DNA of 64,000 bases from Pseudomonas aeruginosa PAO1 (GTDB lineage: Bacteria; Pseudomonadota; Gammaproteobacteria; Pseudomonadales; Pseudomonadaceae): NCBI RefSeq assembly GCF_000006765.1, contig NC_002516.2. One strand, given 5' to 3'. The notes under the pieces are model-generated. The model worked only from the letters and a program-made list of their open reading frames with translations. It had not been told where the DNA came from and ran no database searches. This document shows, one piece after another, positions 8,757 through 21,070 of this stretch. Both the position numbers and the translations under genes were made by a program. Within the stretch, counting starts at the first letter, position 1. The number at the start of each line of letters is the position of its first letter.

Positions 8757-10748
8757 CTAGTCGAATCGGAAGGACAGGATGGTGATGTCGTCGCGTTGCG
8801 GGTGCTCGCCCTGGTACTCGGCGAGCGTCGCCACGAAGGCCTCGGCCTGCTCGGGGAGCGGCTGCCGCGCGTGGTCGCGGAGCATGTCGGCGAAGCGCCG
8901 GCTGCCGAAGCCGAAGCCGTGTTCGCCGCCGGCCTGGTCGAGGAAACCGTCAGTGCTCAGGTAGAAGGTCCAGCCCGGCGCCAGCGGTACCTCGATGTTG
9001 CGGTAGTCGCCACGGCGCTTGTCGCCGATCGCCCGGCGCGCGCCCTTGAGTTCCTGGACCTCCTCGCCGTCGCTGGCGTACAGCGAGATCTTCGCCCCGG
9101 CGAAGGCCAGCTGGCGGCGCCGGCGGTCGACCCAGACCAGCCCGGCATCCATGTTGGTGGCCAGCGCCTGGGGGATCTGCTCCTGGCTGAGCATGCTGCG
9201 CATCGCCTGGTCGGTCTCGCCGAGGATCGCCGCCGGGTCGCGGCTGCCCACCGCCTCGATGGCGTGGTCGATGGCGGCGCGGGCGAGCATGGTCATCAGC
9301 GCGCCGGGCACGCCGTGACCGGCGCAGTCGACCACGCCGATCAGGTAGCCGTCGGCCTGCTCGCGGTACACGTAGAAGTCGCCGCCGACCACGTCGCGCG
9401 GTTTCCACAGGATGAAGTGATGCTCGCCGAGGGTGGCGCTGAGCTGGCGGTCGGGGAGGATCGCGCGCTGGATCAGGCTGGCATAGTCGAGGCTGTCGCC
9501 GATCTTCTTCTGCGCGGCGGCCATCTCGCGGTTGGCTTCCTCCAGCGCCTGGGTGCGCTCCTGGACCTTGTCTTCCAGCTCGGCGGTGTGCCGGCGGACC
9601 TGGTCGGCCATGCTGGCGAAGGCCTTCGACAGCGAGCCGATCTCGTCCTGGCGCGCCAGCGGCAGCGGCGTGTCGTAGCGCCCGGCGGCGATCGCCTTGG
9701 CCGAGCGCTTGAGGCTGCGCAGGGGGCGCAACAGCAGGCGCTCGACGGCATAGGCGAAGCCCAGCAGCAGGGCCACCAGCAACAGCAGGAACGTGCCCGC
9801 CAGCGGCCAAAGCCAGCGGTTGTCGAGGACCTGGGCGGCGTGCAGGTCGACGGCGGTGAGCACGTACCAGCGCAGTTGGGGAATGTAGGCCACGGCGAAG
9901 AGTTGCTGGCGGCCGTCGAGGCCGGCCCACAGGCAGTGCACCGAGCCGGCCTTGGCGCGGGCCAGGCGCATGGCCTCGCGCAGGGCGTCGCGCTGTTCCG
10001 GCTGGTCGAGCAGGTCGAACACCCGGTGGCGTTCGCTGGCGCCGCCGGCGGCGGAGCTGTAGGCGATCAGGCGGCGGTCCGGGTGGGCCTGGATGGCGCC
10101 GTCGTCGCCGACGATCATCGGCGTCACGCCCGGCTCGCGGGCGATGATGAAGTCGTCGAGGAAGCCGCTCAGGTCCAGGCCGCTGCCGGCCAGGCCGATG
10201 GGCCGGCCCTGGTCGCGGATCACCAGGTTGAACCAGACCTTGGTCAGGTTCAGCTTGCTGTCGACATTGACGTTGATGTTGTAGGCGGCGCTGTTGCGCA
10301 GGGTATTGAAGTACCAGGCGTCTTCCGGGTCGCCGGCCTCCAGGGTGTAGCGCGGCCGTTCGCTGTAGGGTTGGCGGCCGTCGTTGAAGTAGTAGTGGTG
10401 GGAGCCGCTGGCGATGATGAAGTAGGCGTGGTCGCGGAAGTCGCCGCGGTAGCCCTCGGCCTCGCGGAAGAACAGCGCGCGGCGCGCCGGGTCGTCTTCC
10501 TTCAGCAGCCAGTCGCGGGTCACCACCGATTCGGCGAAACGGCGCGACAACGCCAGTTCGCGGGAGACCGGGGCGAGGATCTTCTGCCGGTGCAGCAGGG
10601 TGAAGTTCTTCGCGTAGGCCAGGCCGAAGTGCGTACGGATGTCGTCCATCGCGCGCCAGCCCAGCAGCACCGCCGGGACCAGTGCCAGGGCACAGGCCAG
10701 CAACAGCGCCACCACCGATTTGCCGCGCAACCCCCAGTTCGCCGCCAT
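8757..10748 (-). CDS. siaA: SiaA, membrane sensor with HAMP and PP2C/SpoIIE phosphatase domains
   Basis: 663 aa from ATG 10748 (MAANWGLRGK) with AGGGA RBS. Two TM segments, HAMP, and PP2C motifs VVGGDFY, DCAGHG, STDGFLD, DDIT. Confidence 0.93.
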   Translation of the reverse strand: MAANWGLRGKSVVALLLACALALVPAVLLGWRAMDDIRTHFGLAYAKNFTLLHRQKILAPVSRELALSRRFAESVVTRDWLLKEDDPARRALFFREAEGYRGDFRDHAYFIIASGSHHYYFNDGRQPYSERPRYTLEAGDPEDAWYFNTLRNSAAYNINVNVDSKLNLTKVWFNLVIRDQGRPIGLAGSGLDLSGFLDDFIIAREPGVTPMIVGDDGAIQAHPDRRLIAYSSAAGGASERHRVFDLLDQPEQRDALREAMRLARAKAGSVHCLWAGLDGRQQLFAVAYIPQLRWYVLTAVDLHAAQVLDNRWLWPLAGTFLLLLVALLLGFAYAVERLLLRPLRSLKRSAKAIAAGRYDTPLPLARQDEIGSLSKAFASMADQVRRHTAELEDKVQERTQALEEANREMAAAQKKIGDSLDYASLIQRAILPDRQLSATLGEHHFILWKPRDVVGGDFYVYREQADGYLIGVVDCAGHGVPGALMTMLARAAIDHAIEAVGSRDPAAILGETDQAMRSMLSQEQIPQALATNMDAGLVWVDRRRRQLAFAGAKISLYASDGEEVQELKGARRAIGDKRRGDYRNIEVPLAPGWTFYLSTDGFLDQAGGEHGFGFGSRRFADMLRDHARQPLPEQAEAFVATLAEYQGEHPQRDDITILSFRFD

Positions 10749-10750
10749 GG

Positions 10751-10762
10751 CTATCCCTATCA
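10751..10762 (-). promoter_or_regulatory. Candidate RsmA/CsrA-type GGA site overlapping the siaA SD
   Basis: Minus strand reads UGAUAGGGAUAG-CC-AUG, an A(N)GGA motif in the SD. The sia genes are recalled as RsmA-regulated. Confidence 0.4.
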
Positions 10763-11010
10763 GTTTCTCGCCCGGCCCGCGGCCGAAATCATGGATCGAA
10801 AGCGTGTGTCGAACTTTTGGCGAAAGGGCCAATTGTGCAGATGTGCATTATTTCAGGCAACGTAATTTGGTTTTATTTCGCCATTAATTTGACGTCACAA
10901 TGATGGCGAGCAGGCAAAGGCCCGTGGTTCGGGCCTGTCGTCGGCGGGGTCTCGGCGGGGGAGGTTGCGGGGGGCGGCGAAAAAGCGCAGCGGGCCGGCC
11001 AGGATCCCGC

Positions 11011-12060
11011 TCAGAGGCGGTTGCCGCTGCCGCGCCGGGCGGCTTGCTGGAGCAGCGCGGCGGCGATCCGTTCGAGCGGCAGCACGTCTTCCGCGGCGCC
11101 CAGTTCCACCGCTTCGCGGGGCATGCCGTAGACCACGCAGGTAGCCTCGTCCTGGGCCAGGGTGTAGCCGCCGGCCTGGCGGATCGCCAGGAGCCCGCGC
11201 GCGCCGTCCTTGCCCATGCCGGTGAGCAGGCCGGCGAGCAGGTTGCGCCCGGCGCAGCGAGCCAGCGACTCGAACATCACGTCCACTGCCGGGCGGTGGC
11301 CGTTGACCTGCGCCTGGCGGTTCAAACGCACCACGTAGTTGGCGCCGGAGCGCTGCACCTCCATGTGGTGGTCGCCCGGCGCGACCAGGGCGTGGCCGGG
11401 CAGTATGCGGTCGCCGTCGCGCGCTTCGCTGACGCTGAGCCGGGTCAGGCGATCCAGGCGCTCGGCGAAGCTGCGGGTGAAGCCGGGAGGCATGTGCTGG
11501 GTGATGACCACCCCGGGACTGTGCGCCGGCAGGCCGAGCAGCACTTCCTTGAGCGCCTCGGTGCCGCCGGTGGAGGCGCCGAGGGCGATGATCTTCTCGG
11601 TGCTGAGCAGCGGCGCCGCGCTTTCCGGCGGCGCCGGCGCGTCCGCCGCACGGCGGCGCAGGCGGGCGCGGGCGACGGTCTTGAGCTTGGCGCGGATTTC
11701 CTCGGCATAGGCCTGCATGCCTTCGGCGATGCCCAGCCGGGGCTTGGCGATGAAGTCCACCGCGCCCAGTTCCAGCGCGCGCAGGGTGGCTTCGGAACCG
11801 CGCTCGGTGAGCGAGGAGATCATCAGCACCGGGGTCGGCCGCGCCTTCATCAGCTTGTCGAGGAAGGTCAGGCCGTCCATTCGCGGCATTTCCACGTCGA
11901 GGCTGATCACGTCCGGCGCGTGCTGCTTGATCAGGTCGCGGGCGACGAAGGCGTCCGGCGCGCAGCCGACCAGGCGCAGCTCCGGGTCGGCCTGGATGAT
12001 CTCCTTGAGCAGGCTGCGGATCAGGGCGGAATCGTCGACGACCAGGACACTGATGGGCAT
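11011..12060 (-). CDS. cheB2: Chemotaxis methylesterase CheB2
   Basis: 349 aa: receiver domain (VVDDS, LDVEMP) and esterase motifs [25 protein letters not shown]. Confidence 0.95.
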   Translation of the reverse strand: MPISVLVVDDSALIRSLLKEIIQADPELRLVGCAPDAFVARDLIKQHAPDVISLDVEMPRMDGLTFLDKLMKARPTPVLMISSLTERGSEATLRALELGAVDFIAKPRLGIAEGMQAYAEEIRAKLKTVARARLRRRAADAPAPPESAAPLLSTEKIIALGASTGGTEALKEVLLGLPAHSPGVVITQHMPPGFTRSFAERLDRLTRLSVSEARDGDRILPGHALVAPGDHHMEVQRSGANYVVRLNRQAQVNGHRPAVDVMFESLARCAGRNLLAGLLTGMGKDGARGLLAIRQAGGYTLAQDEATCVVYGMPREAVELGAAEDVLPLERIAAALLQQAARRGSGNRL

Positions 12061-12079
12061 GGCGGGCTCTCCCGGAGAG

Positions 12080-12682
12080 TCAGAACAGGTCGATGGGGCC
12101 GCCGTCCGCGTTGCGGTCGATACGGCGGCGGTAGTCGCGTTCACGCTGCAGCACGGTGTCGTTCTTCAGCTCCACCAGGGACTTCACCAGGACCCGGCCA
12201 TTGCGCGGGAAGAAGTAGATCTTGCGCGGGAAGGCCTCCAGCACGTCGCTGGCGAGCAGCGGGATACGCTCGGTGGCCAGGTAGTCGAGGGTGAACTCGA
12301 CGTTGCGCTGGCCGATGGCGGCGCTGATCTGGCGCAGTACCGAGCCGCCGCCGAAGACCTTGGCCTGCAGGCGCTCGCGGCTGGCGCCGAGGGCCAGCAT
12401 GCGGTTGATCAGCAGTTCCATGGCGTGGCTGCCGTAGCGCGCCGACGGCGAGGCCGGGTCGCCGCCGAGGCCGCGCTCGGGGAGCATGAAGTGGTTCATC
12501 CCGGCGATGCCGTTGAGCGGGTCGCGCAGGCACACCGAGACGCAGGAGCCGAGCACGGTGACGATCACCAGGTCTTCGCCGCTGGCGAAGTATTCGCCGG
12601 GCAACAGCTTCACCGCATCGCAGGCGAAGTACGGATCGTAGTAGCGGTTCAGCGGCGCGCCTTCCCGGGCCTGGAGATTCAT
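12080..12682 (-). CDS. cheD: Chemoreceptor glutamine deamidase CheD
   Basis: 200 aa with [18 protein letters not shown] and AKVFGG motifs. Confidence 0.95.
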   Translation of the reverse strand: MNLQAREGAPLNRYYDPYFACDAVKLLPGEYFASGEDLVIVTVLGSCVSVCLRDPLNGIAGMNHFMLPERGLGGDPASPSARYGSHAMELLINRMLALGASRERLQAKVFGGGSVLRQISAAIGQRNVEFTLDYLATERIPLLASDVLEAFPRKIYFFPRNGRVLVKSLVELKNDTVLQRERDYRRRIDRNADGGPIDLF

Positions 12683-12687
12683 CGCGA

Positions 12688-13530
12688 TCAGGCCGGGCTG
12701 TAGACGGTCTGGCCGACGGAGCGCACCAGGTGGCTGGCGTGGACGAAGTTCTCCGAATGCCCGGCGAAGAACAGGCCCTCCGGCCGCAGCAGGGCCACCA
12801 TGCGTTCCAGCAGGCGGGTCTGGGTCGGCTTGTCGAAGTAGATCATCACGTTGCGGCAGAAGATCGCGTCGAGTTCCCCGGCGATCGACCAGTCTGCCTC
12901 CAGCAGGTTGATCTGGCGGAACTCCACCAGTTGCCGCAGTTCCTCCACCACCCGCGCCTTGCCGGCGTTGGGCCCAGTGCCGCGGAGGAAGAAGCGTTTC
13001 TTCAGCGGCGCCGGCATCTGCTCCAGGCGCTCCAGCGGATAGACGCCCTGGCGGGCGCAGTCGAGCACCCCGGTATCGATGTCCGAGGCGACGATCTTCA
13101 CCGGCGGATCGAAGCTGCCCAGCGCCTCCACCAGGGTGATGGCGATCGAATAGGGTTCCTCGCCGGTACTCGCCGCCGCCGACCAGATGCGCAGCGGGCG
13201 ATGCCGCTGCAACTGGCGGCGGGCGAGGTCGGCGAGCAGGGGGAAGTGGTGGCGTTCGCGGAAGAATGCGGTGAGGTTGGTGGTCAGCGCGTTGACGAAC
13301 AACTGCTGCTCGCCCGGCTCGCGGTCGAGGTGGGTGAAATATTCGGCGAAGCTCCCGAGCCGCAGCAGGCGCAGGCGCCGCGAGAGGCGGCTATAGACCA
13401 GTTGCGCCTTGCTCTCGGCCAGGCTGATGCCGGTCAGCCGGTAGAGCCGCTCGCGTACTTGCTGGAAGTCCTCGCGGGTGTAGTGGAACTCCTGGTTGCC
13501 GAACACCGGCGAAGGCGTGGAGGTGGGCAT
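12688..13530 (-). CDS. cheR2: Chemotaxis methyltransferase CheR2
   Basis: 280 aa with TTNLTAFFRE, WSAAASTGEEPYS and IFCRNVMIYF motifs. Confidence 0.95.
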   Translation of the reverse strand: MPTSTPSPVFGNQEFHYTREDFQQVRERLYRLTGISLAESKAQLVYSRLSRRLRLLRLGSFAEYFTHLDREPGEQQLFVNALTTNLTAFFRERHHFPLLADLARRQLQRHRPLRIWSAAASTGEEPYSIAITLVEALGSFDPPVKIVASDIDTGVLDCARQGVYPLERLEQMPAPLKKRFFLRGTGPNAGKARVVEELRQLVEFRQINLLEADWSIAGELDAIFCRNVMIYFDKPTQTRLLERMVALLRPEGLFFAGHSENFVHASHLVRSVGQTVYSPA

Positions 13531-13599
13531 TGGCGTCGGGTTTCCCTGGTCGACCCTAAGGGCTTGCCGCCCTCCGCCTGGCGGAGGCGCGGCGTGGTC

Positions 13600-15639
13600 T
13601 CAGAACTCTTCCCAGCCGTCTTCCTTGCGCGCCTTGCTGGCCCGCGCCATGCCGCTGCGGGCCAGCGGCGCCGGCGCGCTGGGGCGTGGCGCGGACGGCC
13701 GCGCGCTGGCGAGCTGGACCACGCTCGGCGGAGTGTCCAGCCTGAACACCGCCACCGACTGGTTGAGCAGGCCCGCCTGCTCCTGCATGGCCTCGGCCGC
13801 GGCCGCGGCTTCCTCCACCAGCGCGGCGTTCTGCTGGGTCATGTCGTCCATCTGCGAGACCGCGCTGTTCACCTCTTCGATGCCGGTGCTCTGCTCGGCG
13901 GAGGCGGCGGCGATCTCCGACATGATGTCGGTGACCCGGCGGATCGCTACCACGATGTCGCTCATGGTCTGTCCGGCCTGGGCCACCAGGGTGTTGCCGT
14001 TCTCCACCTTGTCCACCGAGTCGGAGATCAGCGTCTTGATCTCCTTGGCCGCGGCGGCGGAACGCTGGGCGAGGGTGCGCACTTCCCCGGCGACCACCGC
14101 GAAGCCGCGGCCCTGCTCGCCGGCGCGGGCTGCCTCGACCGCGGCGTTGAGGGCGAGGATGTTGGTCTGGAAGGCGATGCCGTCGATCACCCCGATGATG
14201 TCGGCGATCTTGCGCGCCGACTCGTTGATCGAGGACATGGTGCTGACCACCTTCTGCACCACGGTGCCGCCCTGGGTCGCCACTTCCGAGGCATTGGCCG
14301 CCAGCGAGTTGGCCTGGCGGGCATTCTCGGCGTTGAGCTTCACCGTGCTGGTCAGTTCTTCCATGCTCGAGGCGGTTTCCTCCAGGCTCGACGCCTGCTG
14401 CTCGGTGCGCGCCGACAGTTCGGCGTTGCCGCTGGCGATCTCGCTGGCGGCGGTGTTGATGGTGTCGGCGGCCTCGCGAATCTGCCCGAGCATCCGCGAC
14501 AGGCTTTGTGCGGTGTCGTTGGAGAAATCCTTGAGCTGGCCGAAGGTGCCCTGGTAGTCGGCCTCGATGCGCTGGGTGAGGTCGCCCTGGGCCAGCGCCC
14601 CGAGCATCCGCGAGACGTCGCGCAAGCCGCGGTCGGCGGTATCCACCAGGCTGTTCAGGTCCTTCGCCAGCCTGAGGAAGAAGCCTTCCTTGCCGGCCTC
14701 CTCGACGCGCTTGCTGAAGTCGCCGGCGGCCGCCGCCTGCACCAGTTGCGAGACTTCCTGCTCGGCGCGGTGTTCCTCGGTGCGGTCGGTCCATTGCACG
14801 GCGGAGCCGAGGCGTTCGTTGGCGTCGTTGAACACTGGCACCACGTCGAGGGAGAAGCGCCGGCCGCCGAGGTTGAGCTCGGCCTTGTGCACGCCGGTGA
14901 GGTTGGCCAGCAGGTGCCGCTGGTGCGCCGGATTCTTGTGGAACACGTCGATGTTGGCGCCCATCAGGCGGCCGGCGTCGAAGTTCGGCAGTTGCTTGCG
15001 GATATCCGCTTCGGCGCGACCGAGCATCTCGCTGACGGTGCGGTTCATGTAGATGATGTTGAGATCGTTGTCGGCGATCATCACGTTGGCCGAGACGTTG
15101 TCCAGCGCGCTCTTGATCCGCGCGTTGTAGGCCGCCGTGGCCAGTTGCGCCGAGGTCGCCTCGGCGGCCCCGCGCAGGCGTTCGCGAACGCCGTCGATGG
15201 CTTCGGTGATCTGCGCCTTCTTGCCCGGCAGGCGGTCCATCAGCGGCTCGAAGTTGCCCTGGCCGTAGGCGGTGACCACGCTGACCACCTTCATCTTCAC
15301 CGCGATGTGCGCGGCCACCAGTTCGTTGACGCCCTTGGCGATGCGCGCCGCGCGACCTTCCAGGCGTTCGGCGGGAATCGTCTGGTCGATCCAGCCGGCT
15401 TCGTGCTGGCGGCTCATCTCCGCCAGCCCCGCCTCCAGGCTTTCCACCTGCTGGAGTTCGGCGCGTTGTTCGCGCAGTTGCCGCTGCAGCGCCCGCAGGC
15501 TGTCGTAGAGACGCTCGTAGCCGGGCGCCGGGGCCTCGCCGACGGCGGTGTCGAGCTGGCCGTCGGCGAACGACTGGAGGAGCGTGGCGATCCGGTCGGC
15601 GCGTTGCTGCGCCACCGCATGTGCATTGAACAGACCCAT
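13600..15639 (-). CDS. aer2: Soluble PAS-heme/HAMP chemoreceptor Aer2 (McpB)
   Basis: 679 aa, no TM segments: N-terminal HAMPs, PAS domain, MCP signalling tip ([28 protein letters not shown]) and C-terminal pentapeptide GWEEF. Confidence 0.95.
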
Positions 15640-15674
15640 TTCGATATCCCCTGCCTATCCCTCGTTGGCGCCGC

Positions 15675-16160
15675 TCAGGCCGCGGCTTCGTCGACCAGCG
15701 CCATTTCGCGGCTGGTCATCAGTCTCTCGATGTCCACCAGGATCAACATGCGCTCGCCCGCGGTGGCCAGGCCGAGCAGGTATTCGGTGTCGAAGCTGGC
15801 GCCGAACTCCGGCGGCGGCCTGATCGCGTCGCCGCCCAGTGCGATCACGTCGGATACCGAGTCCACCACCACGCCGACGATGCGCCGGCCGATGTTGAGG
15901 ATGATCACCACGGTGAACGGGTCGTAGGTGACCTCGGCGAGGTGGAACTTGATGCGCAGGTCGACGATCGGCACGATCGCCCCGCGCAGGTTGATCACGC
16001 CCTTGATGAAGGGCGGCGCGTTGGCGATCGCGGTGACCTGGTCGTAGCCGCGGATCTCCTGCACGCGGAGGATGTCGATGGCGTACTCCTCGCGGCCCAG
16101 GGTGAAGGTCAGGTATTCCTGCGCCGGGCCGTTCGCCTGGCTTGCCTCAGTGCCGTTCAT
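15675..16160 (-). CDS. cheW2: Coupling protein CheW2
   Basis: 161 aa from ATG 16160 with [12 protein letters not shown] and [16 protein letters not shown] motifs. Confidence 0.95.
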   Translation of the reverse strand: MNGTEASQANGPAQEYLTFTLGREEYAIDILRVQEIRGYDQVTAIANAPPFIKGVINLRGAIVPIVDLRIKFHLAEVTYDPFTVVIILNIGRRIVGVVVDSVSDVIALGGDAIRPPPEFGASFDTEYLLGLATAGERMLILVDIERLMTSREMALVDEAAA

Positions 16161-18066
16161 CGGCGGTGTCCTCCCGCGCCGCCAGGCGTGGCAGCGCATC
16201 GACGTCGAGAATCAGGGCGACGCTGCCGTCGCCCATGATGGTGGCGCCGGCGATACCCTCCACGCGGCGGAAATTCTGTTCCAGGCTCTTGATCACCACC
16301 TGCTGCTGGCCGACCAGTTCGTCCACCTGCAGGGCGAAGCTGCGCCCCTCGGACTCGAGGATCACCACGATGCCCTGCTCCGGCGCCGGCGCTTCGCCGC
16401 CGATGCGCAACAGCTCGTGCAGGCTGAACAGCGGCAGGTACTCGCCGCGTACGCGGATCATCGCGTTGTCTTCGCCGCCGAGGCCGCGCACGTCGTCGCT
16501 GCGCGCCTGCAGCGACTCGACGATGTAGGTCAGCGGAATCACGTAGTTGACCGCTTCGACGGCGACGATCAGGCCGTCGAGGATCGCCAGGGTCAGCGGC
16601 AGGCGGATGCCGATGCGAGTGCCCATGCCGGGCGCCGAGTCGATGTCGATGCGCCCGCCCATGGCACCGATGTTGCGCTTCACCACGTCCATGCCGACGC
16701 CGCGTCCGGACAGCTCGGTGACCGTCTCGGCGGTGGAGAAGCCGGGCATGAACACCAGTTGCCAGACCTCGGCGTCGCTCATCCCGTCATGCACCGGCAG
16801 GTTGCGCTCGCGGGCCTTGGCGAGGATGCGTGGACGCGACAGGCCGCGACCGTCGTCGGAAACCTCCACCACCACGCTGCCGCCCTGGTGGCTGGCGGCG
16901 AGCTTCACCGTGCCGCTCGCCGGCTTGCCGGCGGCGAGGCGTTCGGCGGGCGTTTCGATGCCGTGGTCGATGCTGTTGCGGACGATGTGGGTGAGCGGAT
17001 CGCTGAGTTTCTCGATCACGCTCTTGTCCAGTTCGGTGTGCTCGCCGTGCAGGTGCAGCTCGACCTGCTTGCCCAGGCGCGTGGCGGTGTCGCGCACCAG
17101 CCTGGGGAAGCGGCTGAAGATGAAGTTGATCGGCAGCATGCGGATCGACATCACCGACTCCTGCAGGTCGCGGGTGTTGTGTTCGAGCTGGGCCAGGGCG
17201 TGCTGCAGGCGCTCGTGGCGGCTCGGGTCGAGCTGCTCGCCGAGCTGGCCGAGCATGGCCTGGGTGATCACCAGTTCGCCGACCAGGTTGATCAGGCTGT
17301 CGATCTTTTCCACGCTGACCCGGATCGAGCCGGACTCGCCGTCGCCACGCACGGGCGCGACTGCGCCCCTGGCCGGCGCGGCGACGGCTTGCGCGGGCGC
17401 ACTGGGCGCGGCGGGGCTGCCGGGGGCGCCGTCGAACAGGCCGAAGGCGCGTTCCTCCGCCGGTGGGGAACCCGGTGCCTCATCGAAGAGGCCGAACGCT
17501 TCGCTCGCGGCCGGTGCGCCGGGCGCCTCGTCGAAGAGCCCGAACGCTTCCGGCGCGGCCGCTCGTTCCGGAGCGCCCGGGCCTTCGTCGAAGAAGCCGA
17601 AGGCATCGTCGTCCGCGGTTTCCCTGGCGGGCGCGTCGTCGAACAGGCCGAAGCCTTCCTCCGCCGCTTCCTGCTCCGGCACCCGCAGCCAGCCGCGCAG
17701 CCGCTCGACCGTCTCCAGCAACGGCACCCCGGGGTCGGGACGGCCGCTGCGATGGGCGTCGAGCAGGCGCTGCAACACGTCGCGGGCTTCGAGGAAGGAA
17801 CTGATCATGTCCGGCCGCAGGTGCATCTGGCCGCAGCGGATGCGGTCGAGCAGGGTCTCCAGTTCGTGGGTGACGGCGGTGATGTCGTCGAAACCGAACA
17901 TTCCGCTGGAACCCTTGATCGAATGCGCGGCGCGGAAGATGCCGTGCAGCGTCTCGCTGTCCGGCCGGTCCAGGTCGAGACCGATCAGGAGGAGTTCGAG
18001 GGTGGCCAGGTGTTCCTCGGTTTCCTCGAAGAACACCTGGAGAAACTGGCTCATATCCTGGGGCAT
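16147..18066 (-). CDS. cheA2: Histidine kinase CheA2
   Basis: 639 aa: HPT domain (FRAAHSIKG), dimerisation domain, HATPase ([24 protein letters not shown]) and CheW domain. Confidence 0.95.
   Translation of the reverse strand: MPQDMSQFLQVFFEETEEHLATLELLLIGLDLDRPDSETLHGIFRAAHSIKGSSGMFGFDDITAVTHELETLLDRIRCGQMHLRPDMISSFLEARDVLQRLLDAHRSGRPDPGVPLLETVERLRGWLRVPEQEAAEEGFGLFDDAPARETADDDAFGFFDEGPGAPERAAAPEAFGLFDEAPGAPAASEAFGLFDEAPGSPPAEERAFGLFDGAPGSPAAPSAPAQAVAAPARGAVAPVRGDGESGSIRVSVEKIDSLINLVGELVITQAMLGQLGEQLDPSRHERLQHALAQLEHNTRDLQESVMSIRMLPINFIFSRFPRLVRDTATRLGKQVELHLHGEHTELDKSVIEKLSDPLTHIVRNSIDHGIETPAERLAAGKPASGTVKLAASHQGGSVVVEVSDDGRGLSRPRILAKARERNLPVHDGMSDAEVWQLVFMPGFSTAETVTELSGRGVGMDVVKRNIGAMGGRIDIDSAPGMGTRIGIRLPLTLAILDGLIVAVEAVNYVIPLTYIVESLQARSDDVRGLGGEDNAMIRVRGEYLPLFSLHELLRIGGEAPAPEQGIVVILESEGRSFALQVDELVGQQQVVIKSLEQNFRRVEGIAGATIMGDGSVALILDVDALPRLAAREDTADERH
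17420..17660 (-). repeat. Five imperfect intragenic repeats encoding (A/G)FG(L/F)FD(D/E/G)(A/G)P in the CheA2 linker
   Basis: [36 protein letters not shown] and AFGLFDGAP, separated by Ala/Pro/Glu-rich spacers. Confidence 0.9.
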
Positions 18067-18093
18067 GGGACCTCCCCCGCGGGGGAACGGGAA

Positions 18094-18459
18094 TCAGGGC
18101 AGGACCTTGCGCGTCACTTCGAGCAGTTTCGGCGGGTCGAACGGCTTCACCAGCCAGCCGGTGGCGCCGGCGCTGCGTCCCTGCTGCTTCATCGCGTCGC
18201 TCGATTCGGTGGTCAGCATGAGGATCGGCACGCTGCGGTAGCCGGCCAGGTTACGCAGGCTGCGGATCAGCGACAGGCCGTCCATGTTCGGCATGTTCTG
18301 GTCGGTGAACACCAGGCTGTAGCTCTTGCTCTGGGCCTTGCCGAGGCCTTCCTTGCCGTCCGCGGCCTCGTCCACCTCGTAGCCGGCGGACTTCAGGGTG
18401 AAGCTCAGCATCTGGCGGATAGACGCCGAGTCGTCGACGATCAGAATCGGTTTGCCCAT
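18094..18459 (-). CDS. cheY2: Response regulator CheY2
   Basis: 121-aa single receiver domain (IVDDS, TDQNMP, KPF). Confidence 0.95.
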   Translation of the reverse strand: MGKPILIVDDSASIRQMLSFTLKSAGYEVDEAADGKEGLGKAQSKSYSLVFTDQNMPNMDGLSLIRSLRNLAGYRSVPILMLTTESSDAMKQQGRSAGATGWLVKPFDPPKLLEVTRKVLP

Positions 18460-18656
18460 GGTCTTGCGTCCTCACGGTGTCCCTACCGCAGCGCCAAGCT
18501 CGGCGGCGAAGGTGGTGTGTGCCAGGTGGCTGTGACGGAGGGCTCTGATGGCCCTTTGCTAGTTCCAGTAAAGACAATGTCCGGTGGATTTCAATTATTG
18601 GCGCCGGTTTCTCGTCGGATAGTTATCCGGTTAGACGGATTGGCTATCGATACCCC

Positions 18657-20021
<1,365 letters not shown>

Positions 20022-20954
20022 CTAGCCGGTTGGGAAGGCGGAGAAGCGCCGGGCCAGGTCCTGGCGGCGGAAGTAGTCGACGACGAAGTCGACGAAGACC
20101 CGGGTCTTGGCCGGTAGCAGCTTGTTCGCCGCGTAGTAGAGGCTGGTGTTGCCGGCGTCGACGTACCAGTCCGGCAGGACCCGCACCAGGGCGCCGGACT
20201 CCAGGTAGGCATAGGCGTGCTGCATGCATACCAGGGTGATGCCCAGGCCCATGGCGGCGACCTCGCAGGTGGCTTCCGGGTCGCTCATGGTCATGCGTTC
20301 GCGCAGCTCGATCGGCGCCTCCTCGCCGTTGCGCCGGCGCAGCGGCCAGGAGCGCACGCGGCCGGTCTGCGGCGAGCGGATGCGGATCCCGTCGAAGCCG
20401 CCCAGGTCGCCTGGATGGCGGATTGGCGGCTTGTCGCGGAGGTAGGTGGGCGAGGCGAGGAGGATCAGGTGGCCCGGCGTCAGGTTGCGCGCCACCACCC
20501 CGGGAGGCAGTTCGAAACCGCCGCCGATGGCGGCGTCGAAGCCTTCGCCGATGAGGTCCACCTGGCGATTGTCGAAATGCCAGTCGGGCACGATGTCGGG
20601 ATAGCGTTCGAGGAACTCGCCGAGCAGCGGCAGGATGTAGTCGCGGCCGAAGGCCAGCCCCATGCTGACCTTCAACGTGCCGCTGGGTTGGTTGCCGACG
20701 CTGGAGACGTTGGCGAGAGCGGTCTGGATGCCCTCCAGGCTGCCGCCGACCTCTTGCAGGAAACGCTCCCCGGCTTCGGTCAGGGTCAGGCGCCGGGTGC
20801 TGCGCTGGAACAGGCGCACGCCGAGGTTGCTTTCCAGGCGGGCGACGTTCTTGCCCACCCCGGCCGGCGTCAGGCCCAGGCGCCTGGCGGCCTCGGCGAA
20901 GCTACCGGCCTCGGCGCTGCGGACGAAGCACTGGATGTTGCTGAGGGTTTCCAT
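20022..20954 (-). CDS. LysR-family regulator (CrgA-like); PA0181-like
   Basis: 310 aa with HTH GSFAEAARRLGLTPAGVGKNVARLE and DLIGEGFDAAI. Confidence 0.92.
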   Translation of the reverse strand: METLSNIQCFVRSAEAGSFAEAARRLGLTPAGVGKNVARLESNLGVRLFQRSTRRLTLTEAGERFLQEVGGSLEGIQTALANVSSVGNQPSGTLKVSMGLAFGRDYILPLLGEFLERYPDIVPDWHFDNRQVDLIGEGFDAAIGGGFELPPGVVARNLTPGHLILLASPTYLRDKPPIRHPGDLGGFDGIRIRSPQTGRVRSWPLRRRNGEEAPIELRERMTMSDPEATCEVAAMGLGITLVCMQHAYAYLESGALVRVLPDWYVDAGNTSLYYAANKLLPAKTRVFVDFVVDYFRRQDLARRFSAFPTG

Positions 20955-20968
20955 GGGAAAGGGCCCGC

Positions 20969-20983
20969 ATAAACCATTGGTAT
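20969..20983. promoter_or_regulatory. Candidate LysR T-N11-A box in the divergent LysR/SDR intergenic region
   Basis: ATA-AACCATTGG-TAT with an inner CCA/TGG dyad, 15 bp from the LysR start codon. Confidence 0.4.
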
Positions 20984-21070
20984 CGGCTGAATATAGCGAT
21001 TACCCGCTACCAGGTCTGCAATGGACGACGGAAACTCGGGGCCTGTCTATCCACTCCGATGGAGATTTCC

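Noticed and set aside
6965-10748. SiaABCD phosphatase/kinase/STAS-like switch controlling a diguanylate cyclase as a novel system
   Set aside because: Striking architecture, but already characterised in P. aeruginosa, and intact here.
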